Numbered from the stretch's first letter, positions 38,844 through 49,636 are shown. The stretch: 64,000 nucleotides of DNA from an uncultured Clostridia bacterium (GCA_963766335.1 CAVXZA010000002.1:1918791-1982790); one strand, 5' to 3'. The notes: generated by a model not told the origin, from the letters alone. Numbers and translations: made by a program.

Positions 38844-41222
38844 CTATTTTTTTAAATTGACTACTGTTACCCCGGTTTCGCCTTCGCCGTATTTCCCGAG
38901 CCTGAATGAATCGACGTGTGTGCTATTCCTTAATAAATCATGAACAGCTTTACGAAGCACACCTGTTCCTTTGCCATGTATAATCTGTACTTCTTCAAGA
39001 GAGTTCATTGAAGCATTATCAAGGAATTTGCTAACTTCCATATCAATTTCATCACTTGCATAGCCCCTTATATCAAGTTCCAGCTCTAATTTAACGGTTT
39101 TACTTACTTTATAAGTATTAAGGATAGTTTCTTCTTTATTCTCATTTTCTTTTATCTCAAGATTTTCAGATTTAATCCTGATTTTCATAATCCCGGCCTG
39201 AACAAGTACTTCGCCGTTCTTATCAGCAGGTTCAATAACTGTCGCTTTTTGATTTAAATTAATAATCCTGACATCATCACCGGCCTTTAATGCTAAATTC
39301 CTGCTATTGTTAAAATTTTCTCTTGTAATTACAGGCATGTCGGGAGAATCCTCCTCCAAGACTTGTTTATATTTTGTCCTGAATGCAGCTTCGATTTTAG
39401 CACTGCCTTTAATTTCTCCTGACTTCTTTAATTCGTTAAGCTCATTAAGAAACTCATCGGCTCTTTCCCGGCTTTGTTCAATTATTCTGCGCGCTTCTTT
39501 CTTTGCTTCATTAATTATCCTTGTTCTTTCTCCCTCTACCTTTTTAAGGCGCCTGTTTAATTTATCTCTTATATCATTGGTTTCCCTGGAATTGTTTATA
39601 GCTTTAACTTTCTCTTTTTCTATACGCTGACGGCTTTTTTCAAGCGATAGGATAACATCCTCATAATCAAGATTATCTCCGTCAATGAATTTCTTTGCAT
39701 TTTCTATAACCCTTTGGTCCAAACCAAGGCGTCTGGAGATATATAATGCGTTGCTTTTACCTGGAACACCTATAAGTAGCCTATATGTAGGCCTAAGTGT
39801 CTTGACATCGAATTCACAACTCGCATTCTCTATTCCATCCGTGACCGAAGCATACATCTTTATTTGCTGGTAATGAGTTGTGGCAATGGTTGTACACTTC
39901 TTCTCCATCAAACGTTCTAAGATAGAAAGCGCCAATGCCGAACCTTCGGAGGGATCAGTACCTGCTCCAAGCTCATCAAATAAAACCATGGAATCTTCGC
40001 CGCATTCTTTCAAAACTGCGATAATATTTGTTAAATGTGAAGAAAAAGTACTTAAGCTCTGTTCTATGCTTTGTTCATCGCCTATATCAGCATACACATC
40101 ATGATAAACCGACATTACTGTTCCTTCAGATGCCGGAATCGGCAATCCGGCCTGTGTCATGAGTGTCAGCAATCCAATAGTTTTAAGCGAGACAGTTTTT
40201 CCTCCTGTATTTGGACCTGTAATAACAAGGGTGTTAAATGAGTCACCTATATGAAAATCAATAGGTACGACAATTTTAGGATCCAATAATGGGTGACGCC
40301 CTTTAACAATCCTTATTTTCTTTTGTTTATTTACTTCCGGGATCATGTATTTCTCATTTAGAGCCATTATGGCTTTTGAAAATGTTACATCTGCATATAT
40401 CAACAATTTAAAATTTAAATTGAATTCAATGATGTAATCACGTGCCATATCGGATAGAACACCCAGGATTCGCTCTATTTCCCTCTTCTCTTCAATACCA
40501 AGTTCTCTTATATCGTTATTCAAATTAACAACATCCATTGGTTCAATATAGAGGGTTGAACCGCTTGAGGAAGTGTCATGAAGCATTCCCTTAATGTTAT
40601 TTCTATATTCCTGCTTAACCGGTATAACATAACGGTTACTGCGCATCGTAATCACATTATCCTGGATGTATTTACTGTACTTTGAGCTTCTTATATAGTC
40701 ATTCAACCGGTTTCTTACCTGATCCTGTTTAGCAAGGATTTTTCTTCTTAAATTATGAAGGTCGGGACTGGCATCGTCAGCCATTTCTTCCTCACTGATA
40801 ATGCACCTTTGAATCTCCTTTTCAAGAGAATTAAATGAGAAAAGACCCTCCAGTTTAGTTTTAATATTTATAGCATCGTTATCATAATCAATGTTAGATT
40901 CCTTTAGATATCTTTTCAGACGGTCGGCTACATAAAGGTTATCCCTTAATGAAATAAGTTCCTTATTATTTAAATTAGCTCCGATTTTCAATCTTCCGGT
41001 GATTTTGGAAATATCTTTAATTCCGGACAAAGCAGGGTTGCCTTTTCTTTCAATAAGACTTATAGCATCCTTAGTTTCAGCAAGCAAATCATTAATTGCA
41101 TCCAAATCAACCAATGGTTCAAGTTTATCTATGAAATCGGAGGTAACCTCAGACCCTGCATATTTCTTTAATATGCCTAGAACTTTGTAATATTCCAGTT
41201 TTTTTAAATATATGTTTTTCAT
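38844..41222 (-). CDS. mutS2: MutS2 (endonuclease / ribosome-collision splitting factor)
   Basis: ITGPNTGGKT, DIGDEQSIEQSLSTFSSH, DELGAGTDP, Smr IIHGKGTG. Confidence 0.95.
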   Translation of the reverse strand: MKNIYLKKLEYYKVLGILKKYAGSEVTSDFIDKLEPLVDLDAINDLLAETKDAISLIERKGNPALSGIKDISKITGRLKIGANLNNKELISLRDNLYVADRLKRYLKESNIDYDNDAINIKTKLEGLFSFNSLEKEIQRCIISEEEMADDASPDLHNLRRKILAKQDQVRNRLNDYIRSSKYSKYIQDNVITMRSNRYVIPVKQEYRNNIKGMLHDTSSSGSTLYIEPMDVVNLNNDIRELGIEEKREIERILGVLSDMARDYIIEFNLNFKLLIYADVTFSKAIMALNEKYMIPEVNKQKKIRIVKGRHPLLDPKIVVPIDFHIGDSFNTLVITGPNTGGKTVSLKTIGLLTLMTQAGLPIPASEGTVMSVYHDVYADIGDEQSIEQSLSTFSSHLTNIIAVLKECGEDSMVLFDELGAGTDPSEGSALALSILERLMEKKCTTIATTHYQQIKMYASVTDGIENASCEFDVKTLRPTYRLLIGVPGKSNALYISRRLGLDQRVIENAKKFIDGDNLDYEDVILSLEKSRQRIEKEKVKAINNSRETNDIRDKLNRRLKKVEGERTRIINEAKKEARRIIEQSRERADEFLNELNELKKSGEIKGSAKIEAAFRTKYKQVLEEDSPDMPVITRENFNNSRNLALKAGDDVRIINLNQKATVIEPADKNGEVLVQAGIMKIRIKSENLEIKENENKEETILNTYKVSKTVKLELELDIRGYASDEIDMEVSKFLDNASMNSLEEVQIIHGKGTGVLRKAVHDLLRNSTHVDSFRLGKYGEGETGVTVVNLKK

Positions 41223-41225
41223 AGA

Positions 41226-41987
41226 TTATTTATATGGTGCAGTGAGTTTCATCAATGTCCTTGCATCCCTGTAAAACCCTTCTTCACTATTATCCTTAAT
41301 AAATTCAAGCAAGCAATAGCGCATCTTCCATGTATTTACAAGTAAAAAATAGTCCTGCCAATGCTCAAAGCCGTCTTCCAGCGGCATTCTCTCCCGGCCT
41401 TTCCAGGTAAAAGTGTGAATATTTGAAATATGTCTCTTTAACATTTTAATATCGTGTAAATTTTCTTCATGTGACAAACCTACGGGAGGCTGCCAGTATG
41501 TTGTAAGATTTGCAGCATTAACTTTTGCTAAAAGCCTTAGTGTATCCGTACAATTGTCTGTCAATGTATTCGCGTGATATTCGAGTGCAACATCCTTACC
41601 TTCATGTGATGTCATACTGCATATAAGTTTTAGTTCCTTTGCAATTAATTCCCAGTGCTCCTTGTCTGCTTCTTTCGTTGGCAATACACCTGCCCATACC
41701 CTTATGACATCAGACTTTAAGGCGACTGCACAATTTAATACTTTCTTATATTCTGCTTTGGGATCATCATACTCCCCTACTCTGTAATAACTGCCGTATG
41801 AGGGACAGCTAATGTCATTCAGCCCACAGGCATGCATTACTATTTCCGCCTTATACACATCTCCGTGAGGAACATGAACATCACCACCCCACTCTATTGC
41901 ATCAAGCCCTGCCGATTTGACCATTTTTGTTATCTGATCAGTAGTCAAATCCCTGAAACTTATTGAAACCAACCCTGTCTTTAACAT
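41226..41987 (-). CDS. Sugar phosphate isomerase/epimerase (xylose-isomerase-like TIM barrel)
   Basis: GLVSISFR, IEWGGDVH, SYGSYY, IRVWAG, EYH, YWQP. Confidence 0.8.
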   Translation of the reverse strand: MLKTGLVSISFRDLTTDQITKMVKSAGLDAIEWGGDVHVPHGDVYKAEIVMHACGLNDISCPSYGSYYRVGEYDDPKAEYKKVLNCAVALKSDVIRVWAGVLPTKEADKEHWELIAKELKLICSMTSHEGKDVALEYHANTLTDNCTDTLRLLAKVNAANLTTYWQPPVGLSHEENLHDIKMLKRHISNIHTFTWKGRERMPLEDGFEHWQDYFLLVNTWKMRYCLLEFIKDNSEEGFYRDARTLMKLTAPYK

Positions 41988-41989
41988 TT

Positions 41990-42514
41990 TCAGTTCCTCC
42001 GAAAAAATTTACTGAGCCTACCGTTATAAAATACCATGGCCAAAGTATATATATAATCATAAATAAATACAAAGGCTGAGGCAACAAGCAGAATTATATA
42101 TAATTGAAGTCCCTCGCCGAAGAACCCCGGCAAAAACGAAGCTGCTAAAAAGTAATTTAATATTACAGCTGCATTTATAAATACAATTTTTAGAATAAAA
42201 CCGATTAATTTAGATTTAATTTGCTCTATATAATATTTAACTATTCCGAAATATCCGAAAAAACTATAAAAGAGTAAAAAAGATAATTTATTTACCGGTA
42301 AAACTAAAGAAAATGCAACTGTTGCCGCAAAGAAAAGCCATGCCCAACTTTCATTTCCCTCCTGTAGTAGTATTCCTGTAAAGAATGATATCAGGATATA
42401 TATGGAAAAATCCAAAAAGGGCAAAAGGGTTTTTAAATAAAGCAAAGCAATCGCCAAGCCAAGCAAAACCCCGGCAAATGCAACAATTCTCGTTTTTTGA
42501 TCAGCAGCATGCAA
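41990..42514 (-). CDS. Conserved hypothetical membrane protein
   Basis: About 5-6 hydrophobic helices, FFGYFGIVKYYIE; likely TTG start at 42514 after GGCGGTGA. Confidence 0.75.
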   Translation of the reverse strand: MHAADQKTRIVAFAGVLLGLAIALLYLKTLLPFLDFSIYILISFFTGILLQEGNESWAWLFFAATVAFSLVLPVNKLSFLLFYSFFGYFGIVKYYIEQIKSKLIGFILKIVFINAAVILNYFLAASFLPGFFGEGLQLYIILLVASAFVFIYDYIYTLAMVFYNGRLSKFFRRN

Positions 42515-43100
42515 TGCAATCACCGCCGAAACATTCACAGCAGGTATCGGCACAGCATAGGCATGAGCAGGTGCTGCATAAATCGGGACTTCCGGTGCCG
42601 TATCCCCTGTTATATACATTTGTCCTATAGTTTCCCGATCTTGATTTCAGTTGATTGAAAACATTCATATATTCAGAATTTGAAGGTTCCATTGAAACAG
42701 CTTTCTCAGCATAAGAAAAAGCCTGGTCATACCATCCCTGGTTCATAAAAACCACTCCCATAAGAAAATGCCATTCAGCTGTCCGATTGGTTGATGCCCT
42801 GAGAATTTGATCAGCCGACCTAAAATCGCGTCTATTTATTAAATCCCTTACTTGCTGGAAGTCACTTGAACTTTGCGAAGAGTCATATCCGCCGGTGCGC
42901 TTGCGCCCGTTCGTGCTCACGATTGTATCGTAGGCATGATTGATTTCCCGCAACTTCTCGTCAGCCAGGTCTTTTAAAGGATTATCTGCATATCTATCGG
43001 GATGATACTGCTTAACCAAATCCCGATATGCTTTTTTTATTTCTTCCTCAGAGGAGTATTCATTAACCCCTAGAACTTCATATGGATTTTTTTGTGCCAT
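42501..43100 (-). CDS. J-domain protein with TPR-like region and Cys-rich tail
   Basis: NPYEVLGV...YHPD; AEWHFLMG...PSNSEY; ends CSTCSCLCCADTCCECFGGDCIACC. Confidence 0.88.
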   Translation of the reverse strand: MAQKNPYEVLGVNEYSSEEEIKKAYRDLVKQYHPDRYADNPLKDLADEKLREINHAYDTIVSTNGRKRTGGYDSSQSSSDFQQVRDLINRRDFRSADQILRASTNRTAEWHFLMGVVFMNQGWYDQAFSYAEKAVSMEPSNSEYMNVFNQLKSRSGNYRTNVYNRGYGTGSPDLCSTCSCLCCADTCCECFGGDCIACC

Positions 43101-43965
43101 TAATGCAGTCTCCATTCAAAACTTTCTCTGTTACACTATACAATCCTTCATACAATATGTTCTTAATTATACTTGAATTGACGCTTTTATCAATTAAGTC
43201 ATACGCTTTGGAGGCTTCGTTCAGTGCAGAATAAAGTATAAAAGCCATCCTGTCCCTAATGTCTGTTTTATATTCATTAAGCGAATCTTCTTTGGCTTTT
43301 GGGAATCTATTAAGAATCGGATTATATCTTTGTTTCTTTAAATCGCCTTCAATATCCTCGAATGCATCAACAATATATATCCACCTTCCAACATTATATC
43401 CCAACCATTCAACCGCATCCCTAATTAATGAATCGCATTTTAGTTTTTCAGTAAAAATCAGGCTATATATCCTGCCGTAGCAATCAGCTGTTTCATCGAT
43501 GCTATCGGAATTCTTTTTCTCGAGGATAGTTAGCTTATTAAGTTGTTCTTCTATTTTTTCTTTTAAACCTTTAATTTCATTAACTGATTTTTTATATGCA
43601 CTTTTGAAGGCGCCCGCACCTATTCTTGCCATAACACTATTTTCATCATTAATATCATCAATAAGTTTTTTATATGTTAAAAAGACTGTTATGTCGGCAA
43701 TAAAATTTATAGAGTCACTGTTAATGCACCTGATTTTCTTTTTTACCGGGTGGAGTATGCAGCGGAAGTTTTCGAAGTCGGATGTTATTTCATTTACAGA
43801 ATCCATTGCAATCGATAAAAACACTGCATCATAATTAAGAAGATTCCTGAATACAAGACCGTATCGGTTCCCCAGGGCTTTGCAGATACCGCAGTAGTAG
43901 GCATTATAAATCTTGAAGTCTTTCATTTTAAGTTCGGGTTTGTATATTTTAACGTAGCCAATCAT
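43078..43965 (-). CDS. DUF5685-like conserved protein
   Basis: MIGYVKIYKPELK...YYCGICKALG...YD, RCILHP, GRWIYIVDA, YNP; family recognised from memory. Confidence 0.75.
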   Translation of the reverse strand: MIGYVKIYKPELKMKDFKIYNAYYCGICKALGNRYGLVFRNLLNYDAVFLSIAMDSVNEITSDFENFRCILHPVKKKIRCINSDSINFIADITVFLTYKKLIDDINDENSVMARIGAGAFKSAYKKSVNEIKGLKEKIEEQLNKLTILEKKNSDSIDETADCYGRIYSLIFTEKLKCDSLIRDAVEWLGYNVGRWIYIVDAFEDIEGDLKKQRYNPILNRFPKAKEDSLNEYKTDIRDRMAFILYSALNEASKAYDLIDKSVNSSIIKNILYEGLYSVTEKVLNGDCINGTKKSI

Positions 43966-44507
43966 CCGGCTGTACCTGCTTTTTCCTCTGCTTCTCTTTT
44001 TAGTTTGAAGTATCTCTTTGTATAAAGAGCCAGTGCTACAAGTTCAGATGCCATTGCAATTGCAATAAGAAGATTTACCCAAAAGTTATTTAAATTAAGC
44101 ATTAGTATCCAAAAAACAGACCCATTCAGCAATAAAGTAGCGGCTTTTCCATACCATACGGCATAAACAACTATCTTTTTCTTATATAGGAGATACGAAC
44201 CGTAAACCATTAATCCTTCTTTTATTCCAAGTACTATAATAAAGGCAAAATGAAGTCTTCCAAGTATGCATAATAATAGTATTGCGCATATCTGGATAGC
44301 TTTATCAGCAAGCGGATCCCAAAGCTTGCCGAAATTTGATACCACCTTCCACCTTCGGGCTAAAAATCCATCCAGCATATCCGAAAGTGCGGCTACTAAA
44401 AAAATTATCGCTGCTGCAATAAAATTTCTCTGAACCATAAATACTACAAAAAGCGGTATCATTAATAACCTTGAACCTGTAATGATGTTTGGAATGTGTT
44501 TTTTCAT
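43962..44507 (-). CDS. pgsA: CDP-alcohol phosphatidyltransferase (PgsA-like)
   Basis: PNIIT, SDMLDGFLAR, GKLWDPLADK. Confidence 0.85.
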   Translation of the reverse strand: MKKHIPNIITGSRLLMIPLFVVFMVQRNFIAAAIIFLVAALSDMLDGFLARRWKVVSNFGKLWDPLADKAIQICAILLLCILGRLHFAFIIVLGIKEGLMVYGSYLLYKKKIVVYAVWYGKAATLLLNGSVFWILMLNLNNFWVNLLIAIAMASELVALALYTKRYFKLKREAEEKAGTAG

Positions 44508-44515
44508 AAATGCAC

Positions 44516-45487
44516 CTATATTGAAATGATTTTGGCCAGTTTAAGCATGCCTACCTCGATTTCCTTTTTCATCGACAGTGCTTCCTCAATATCGTAATCA
44601 ACCAGCTTGTTGCTTACCAGTGAAATAATCCTGTTTATACGGCCTTCCTGTATGACATCAATTGCTTTGGCGCCCATACGGCTTGCCATGATCCGGTCCC
44701 TGGCTGAAGGACTTCCACCCCTCTGGACGTACCCCAGAATTGTTGCCCTGGATGTAATGCCTGTTTTTTCAGTTATTATGCTGCAAAGTTCCGTAGCATT
44801 GCCAACGCCTTCCGCAACAATTATACAATAGTCTTTTTTCCCTCGGTTTCTGCATTCGAGTATGGGTTTTATTACGTCGCGGTCAACATCAAATTTAACT
44901 TCAGGAATCAGAATAACATCCGCTCCTCCCGCAATACCGTCATTTACAGCAATAAAACCGGAATCCCTGCCCATGACTTCAATTACGGTACATCTCTCAT
45001 GCGAATAAGCCGTGTCTCTAAGCTTATCAATAGAATCCATTACTGTATTTAATGCTGTATCATAACCAATTGTATATTCTGTTGAACTTATATCGTTATC
45101 AATAGTGCCGGGCAAACCAATAACCGGCATTCCCTCTTTTGAAAAGTCAAGAGCTCCGCGGTAGGAGCCGTCACCTCCGATTACTACTACTAAATCGATG
45201 CCAAACACCTTACAGATATCATATGCCCTCTTTCTATGATCCCTATCAAAGAATCGCGGACACCTTGCTGTCTTTAGGATTGTACCGCCGTCCTGCAGAA
45301 TTCCGGATACATCCCTTGGTTCCAATTTTTCAATCTCGCCGTTAATAAGCCCTTCATAACCCCGGTAAATACCAAAGATATTATATCCGTAATAATACCC
45401 CGACCTTACAACAGCTCTTATTGCTGCATTCATGCCCGGGGCATCACCGCCGCTTGTTAAAACGCCTATATTTTTAATTCCAGTCAT
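44516..45487 (-). CDS. pfkA: ATP-dependent 6-phosphofructokinase
   Basis: TSGGDAPGMN, GGDGS, PGTIDND, EVMGR. Confidence 0.95.
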   Translation of the reverse strand: MTGIKNIGVLTSGGDAPGMNAAIRAVVRSGYYYGYNIFGIYRGYEGLINGEIEKLEPRDVSGILQDGGTILKTARCPRFFDRDHRKRAYDICKVFGIDLVVVIGGDGSYRGALDFSKEGMPVIGLPGTIDNDISSTEYTIGYDTALNTVMDSIDKLRDTAYSHERCTVIEVMGRDSGFIAVNDGIAGGADVILIPEVKFDVDRDVIKPILECRNRGKKDYCIIVAEGVGNATELCSIITEKTGITSRATILGYVQRGGSPSARDRIMASRMGAKAIDVIQEGRINRIISLVSNKLVDYDIEEALSMKKEIEVGMLKLAKIISI

Positions 45488-45490
45488 GTT

Positions 45491-45709
45491 TTACTCCTGA
45501 GTGCTTTGTTTTAAGCTGAATATAATGTCATGTGCCTTATTAATATCATTTTCAAGGACGCCAACTTCATATAGGACATCCTCAGAACCTGTTTCAGTTG
45601 AAGTCCTGTAAATCATTCTAATATTATTTTCCCTTAAGGCAGATATCAAAGTTACCGCCATACTTTTATCATATGTTGTATATATGGATGTATAGCCGTC
45701 CTCAGTCAC
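45491..45709 (-). CDS. Small hypothetical protein
   Basis: 72-aa ORF tightly packed between mtrB and pfkA. Confidence 0.65.
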   Translation of the reverse strand: MTEDGYTSIYTTYDKSMAVTLISALRENNIRMIYRTSTETGSEDVLYEVGVLENDINKAHDIIFSLKQSTQE

Positions 45710-45926
45710 CTGAAACCACTTCCCCGCTTGATGAAAGGATCTTAGCCTTTCCCTTAATTTTAATTGCCGCTGTAAATTCAGTAAATTGAACCATCAGCAC
45801 ATCACCCTTGTCCATTTTTTCTATATGGTGGAATTTTGTCGACTCGCCCCTGGTCAATCCAATAATGCTGACACCGTCCTCCAAGGCTTTTATTAAAATC
45901 GGTTTACCATCAGTATAACAATCCAT
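45702..45926 (-). CDS. mtrB: trp RNA-binding attenuation protein TRAP
   Basis: IKALEDGVSIIGLTRGESTKFHHIEKMDKG...QFTE..AIK. Confidence 0.9.
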   Translation of the reverse strand: MDCYTDGKPILIKALEDGVSIIGLTRGESTKFHHIEKMDKGDVLMVQFTEFTAAIKIKGKAKILSSSGEVVSGD

Positions 45927-46135
45927 TAACATCACCGCCCTCTGCAATATAATATCACAATTATAAAATTATAATATATAGTCCGCTTATTTAAACCTTA
46001 TCAACTATGCCTTATTTTATCAAAATATAATAATTTTATAAACATATATCTGACTTCAATTTATTGTTAACAAAATTATAGAAAATTATCAAAAGCAAAA
46101 CAGTGAAAACCTAATTTTCATTCTTTTTGAAGTTT

Positions 46136-49100
46136 TCATCGCTTTACAAACATATTTTCAGGACCAATTGCTTCAGATAATTCATAAATTATTTCCTTTG
46201 AAGAATCAAGTGAATATCTATTATCAAGCAATTTTTGGAACTTAATACCGTTTTCTGTTCTCCTTAGAATTATTGAAGTATTTCCGCTGCCGCCGAAGTA
46301 ATTTATAAATGCATCAAAGCGCGCCATGTTAATTTTGTCTGCATTGATATAGACACAAGTAGCTCTGCCTTGTAGAGGAGTCCGAATATCCATCTGTTCC
46401 GAGGTATCAGTATCAACATTGCCCGTACTAGTAATACCGCTTTTCAAAGGATGGATTTCATCGCAGATTATCTTTATATCCTCTTCCTCGCGAAGACTTA
46501 ATTTACCTTTAACGACAATCTTCGAATCATCGGTTATCAAGGAAGAATATTTATCAAGTACATTCGGGAAAACAACCAATTCCATAGACCCATAAATATC
46601 TTCAAGTTCAACAAACGCCATCATATTGTTGTTTTTGGTTACTTTCTTAGTTATCTGACGTATTAAACCGGCACAGGTTACGCCTTTACCGTCATAGAAC
46701 TGGTTCTGGTCCGTATTCTCATCAATTCTCTTCTGACTACTGAAAAATGTCGCTTTTTGAAGTATTATACCTTCAAATTCATCAAGCGGATTCCCCGTCA
46801 CATAAATACCAAGCAGTTCTTTTTCCATATTAAGAAGCCTTTGCTTATCGAAATCTTCTATATCAGGAAATTCATAACTGAAGTTATTCTTCCTGCCTGC
46901 CCCGGCATCAAATAAAGAAACCTGTCCTTCTATATTATTTCTTTTTTCTTTTGCTATGGACTCGAGTATTGTTTCGAATGAGGAAAGAAGCTGCCGTCTG
47001 TTAACAGGAAATGAATCGAATGTGCCGCATTTAATAAGGCTTTCGACACATTTTTTATTTACCGCACCATTTGCAAGCCTTTTGCAAAAGTCAATGAATG
47101 AAGTATAGATACCGTTTTCTATCCTATCATCCCTGATTGCATCAGCCGCTTTATGACCTACATTCTTTATCGCAGCAAGTCCGAATCTTATATTTTCACC
47201 ATCCACTCCAAATTTTCGTCCGCTTGAATTAACCTCAGGCGGCAAAACAGAAATACCAAGGCGCCTGCATTCTTGAATATACAATGAAATTCTTTCCGTA
47301 GAACCCATAAAACTGTTCAGTGTTGCTGCCATGAATTCAAGAGGAAAATAAGTTTTAAGATAAGCAGTCTGATAGGCTACTACTGCATATGCAGCGGCAT
47401 GCGATTTATTAAAGGCATAAGAGGCAAAATCCGTCATTTCATCAAAAATCAAAGAAGCAGTCTGTGGCGGTACTTGCCTACCTACAGCACCTTTTATAAA
47501 GATCTCCCTTTCTTTCTCCATTGCTTTTCGCTTCTTTTTAGACATAATACGTCTTACAAGGTCAGCTCTGCCCAATGTATAGCCGCCGACATCCTGTACT
47601 ATCCTCATGACCTGTTCCTGGTAAACCATACATCCGTAGGTGACACCAAGTATGGGTTTTAGCAGAATATGGTGATATTTTACATTTTCCGGATTTTTTT
47701 TATATTTCAGATATCTAGGTATTTGTTCCATTGGCCCGGGGCGGAATAATGAGATGCCGGCTATTATGTCTTCAAGGTTTTCCGGCGCAAGCTCTTTCAT
47801 AAAAGATGTCATTCCTGCGCTCTCAAGCTGGAATATGCCTGCTGTATGACCGTCGGCAATTGTTTTGAAAACTTCCGGATTTTCATAGTCCATTTCATCT
47901 ATATTAATCTCAATATTATGATTTTCCTTAATAAAAGTTATTGCATCCTGGATAACCGTGAGAGTCCGAAGTCCGAGAAAGTCCATTTTAAGCAACCCGA
48001 GATCCTCAAGTCTTTCCATTGTAAACTGGGTGACTACAGCTTCGTCATTTTTCTGAAGCGGTACATATTCATCTACGTTTTCCCTTGTAATTACAACACC
48101 GGCAGCATGTGTTGATGCATGTCTTGCCATACCCTCAAGCAACATTGCAGTGTCAATCAGTTCCCTGACTTGTTCATTATCGTCATATATGCCGTGAAGA
48201 TCCCTGTTTACCTTGAGAGCCTTTTGAATGGTCATGTCGGGTTGGTGAGGAATCATCTTAGCAACTATATCCGTCTGGGCATAAGATACATTAAGTGCCC
48301 TTCCTACGTCCCGGATTGCTGCCCTTGCTGCCATAGTACCGAAAGTAATTATCTGGCACACCTTATCCGCACCGTATTTTCTTGTGACATAATCAATAAC
48401 TTCCTGTCTTCTCTCATAACAAAAGTCTATATCTATATCAGGCATTGAGATTCTTTCAGGATTCAGAAATCTTTCAAATAGCAAATCATATTTTATAGGA
48501 TCAATATTGGTTATCCCCAGACAATATGATACAAAGCTTCCTGCTGCGGAGCCCCTGCCCGGCCCTACCATTATGTTTTTAGATTTCGCATAATTTATAA
48601 AATCTGAAACTATAAGGAAATAGTCGGTATAATCCATTTTCTTAATGACAGACAACTCAAATTCAAGCCTCTCCTGCAGAGTTTTTCCCGCAGCATCACC
48701 AAACCGTTTTTTCAAACCTTCATAAACGTTTTTTTTCAAGTATTCATAATGGTCTGTTTCACCTGCTAAATTGAAAGCGGGAAGATGCTTGCCGCCTATG
48801 TCAAGTTCGACATGGCATCTTTCAGATATTTTTATAGTATTTTCAATAGATTCCGGGAATTCCATGAAAAGTTCCTGCATCTCGCTGGAAGATTTGAAGT
48901 AAAACTCATCAGTTGGAAAACGCATTCTGTCGGGTTCGTCAACGGTTTTACCTGTCTGTATGCACAATAGGACATCATGCGGCCCTGAATCACTTCTGTT
49001 TAAATAATGCACGTCATTGGTCGCGACAAGCGGAATGCCTGTTTCACGGGATATTTCAATGACACCCTGGTTCGCTATGTTCTGACTGTCAATTCCATTA

Positions 49101-49630
49101 TTCTGCAGTTCAAGGAAAAAATTCCCATCTCCGAATATTTTATTCAGTTTTTGGGCAATCTCCATCGCTCCGTTTCGATTCCCCTCCAGAATTGCCCTTG
49201 GGATAGCCCCGGCAAGACAGGCGCTGAGTGCTATTAATCCTTCGGAATATTGTTCAAGCAGTTCATAATCAGCTCTGGGTTTATAATAGAAACCCTCGAG
49301 ATGGGCTTTGCTTACAATTTTCAGAAGGTTTTTATAACCGGTCATATTTTCGGCCAGAAGTACCAAATGATTAGGCTCATTATCATAAATATGTTCTTTA
49401 TCAAACCGACTTCGCCTGGCCGTATAGATTTCACAGCCCAAAATAGGATTCAGACCTTTTTCTTTGGCTGCTTTATAAAAATCAACTGCACCGTACATAA
49501 CGCCGTGATCAGTCATTGCGACGGCTGGCATTCCGAATTCTACGGCTTTTTCCATTAGGTCGTCAATCCTGACAGCACCATCAAGGAGGCTGTACTCGGT
49601 ATGCAGATGAAGATGTGCGAATTTGCTCAT
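46136..49630 (-). CDS. dnaE: DNA polymerase III alpha subunit (DnaE)
   Basis: PHP HLHLHTEYSLLDG, GRGSAAGS, MPDIDIDF, KMDFLGL, YAFNKSH; OB fold. Confidence 0.96.
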   Translation of the reverse strand: MSKFAHLHLHTEYSLLDGAVRIDDLMEKAVEFGMPAVAMTDHGVMYGAVDFYKAAKEKGLNPILGCEIYTARRSRFDKEHIYDNEPNHLVLLAENMTGYKNLLKIVSKAHLEGFYYKPRADYELLEQYSEGLIALSACLAGAIPRAILEGNRNGAMEIAQKLNKIFGDGNFFLELQNNGIDSQNIANQGVIEISRETGIPLVATNDVHYLNRSDSGPHDVLLCIQTGKTVDEPDRMRFPTDEFYFKSSSEMQELFMEFPESIENTIKISERCHVELDIGGKHLPAFNLAGETDHYEYLKKNVYEGLKKRFGDAAGKTLQERLEFELSVIKKMDYTDYFLIVSDFINYAKSKNIMVGPGRGSAAGSFVSYCLGITNIDPIKYDLLFERFLNPERISMPDIDIDFCYERRQEVIDYVTRKYGADKVCQIITFGTMAARAAIRDVGRALNVSYAQTDIVAKMIPHQPDMTIQKALKVNRDLHGIYDDNEQVRELIDTAMLLEGMARHASTHAAGVVITRENVDEYVPLQKNDEAVVTQFTMERLEDLGLLKMDFLGLRTLTVIQDAITFIKENHNIEINIDEMDYENPEVFKTIADGHTAGIFQLESAGMTSFMKELAPENLEDIIAGISLFRPGPMEQIPRYLKYKKNPENVKYHHILLKPILGVTYGCMVYQEQVMRIVQDVGGYTLGRADLVRRIMSKKKRKAMEKEREIFIKGAVGRQVPPQTASLIFDEMTDFASYAFNKSHAAAYAVVAYQTAYLKTYFPLEFMAATLNSFMGSTERISLYIQECRRLGISVLPPEVNSSGRKFGVDGENIRFGLAAIKNVGHKAADAIRDDRIENGIYTSFIDFCKRLANGAVNKKCVESLIKCGTFDSFPVNRRQLLSSFETILESIAKEKRNNIEGQVSLFDAGAGRKNNFSYEFPDIEDFDKQRLLNMEKELLGIYVTGNPLDEFEGIILQKATFFSSQKRIDENTDQNQFYDGKGVTCAGLIRQITKKVTKNNNMMAFVELEDIYGSMELVVFPNVLDKYSSLITDDSKIVVKGKLSLREEEDIKIICDEIHPLKSGITSTGNVDTDTSEQMDIRTPLQGRATCVYINADKINMARFDAFINYFGGSGNTSIILRRTENGIKFQKLLDNRYSLDSSKEIIYELSEAIGPENMFVKR

Positions 49631-49636
49631 AAAAAA

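Noticed and set aside
42515-42619. N-terminal extension of the 41990 membrane ORF
   Set aside because: Overlaps the J-protein Cys tail; a TTG start with RBS at 42514 is more plausible
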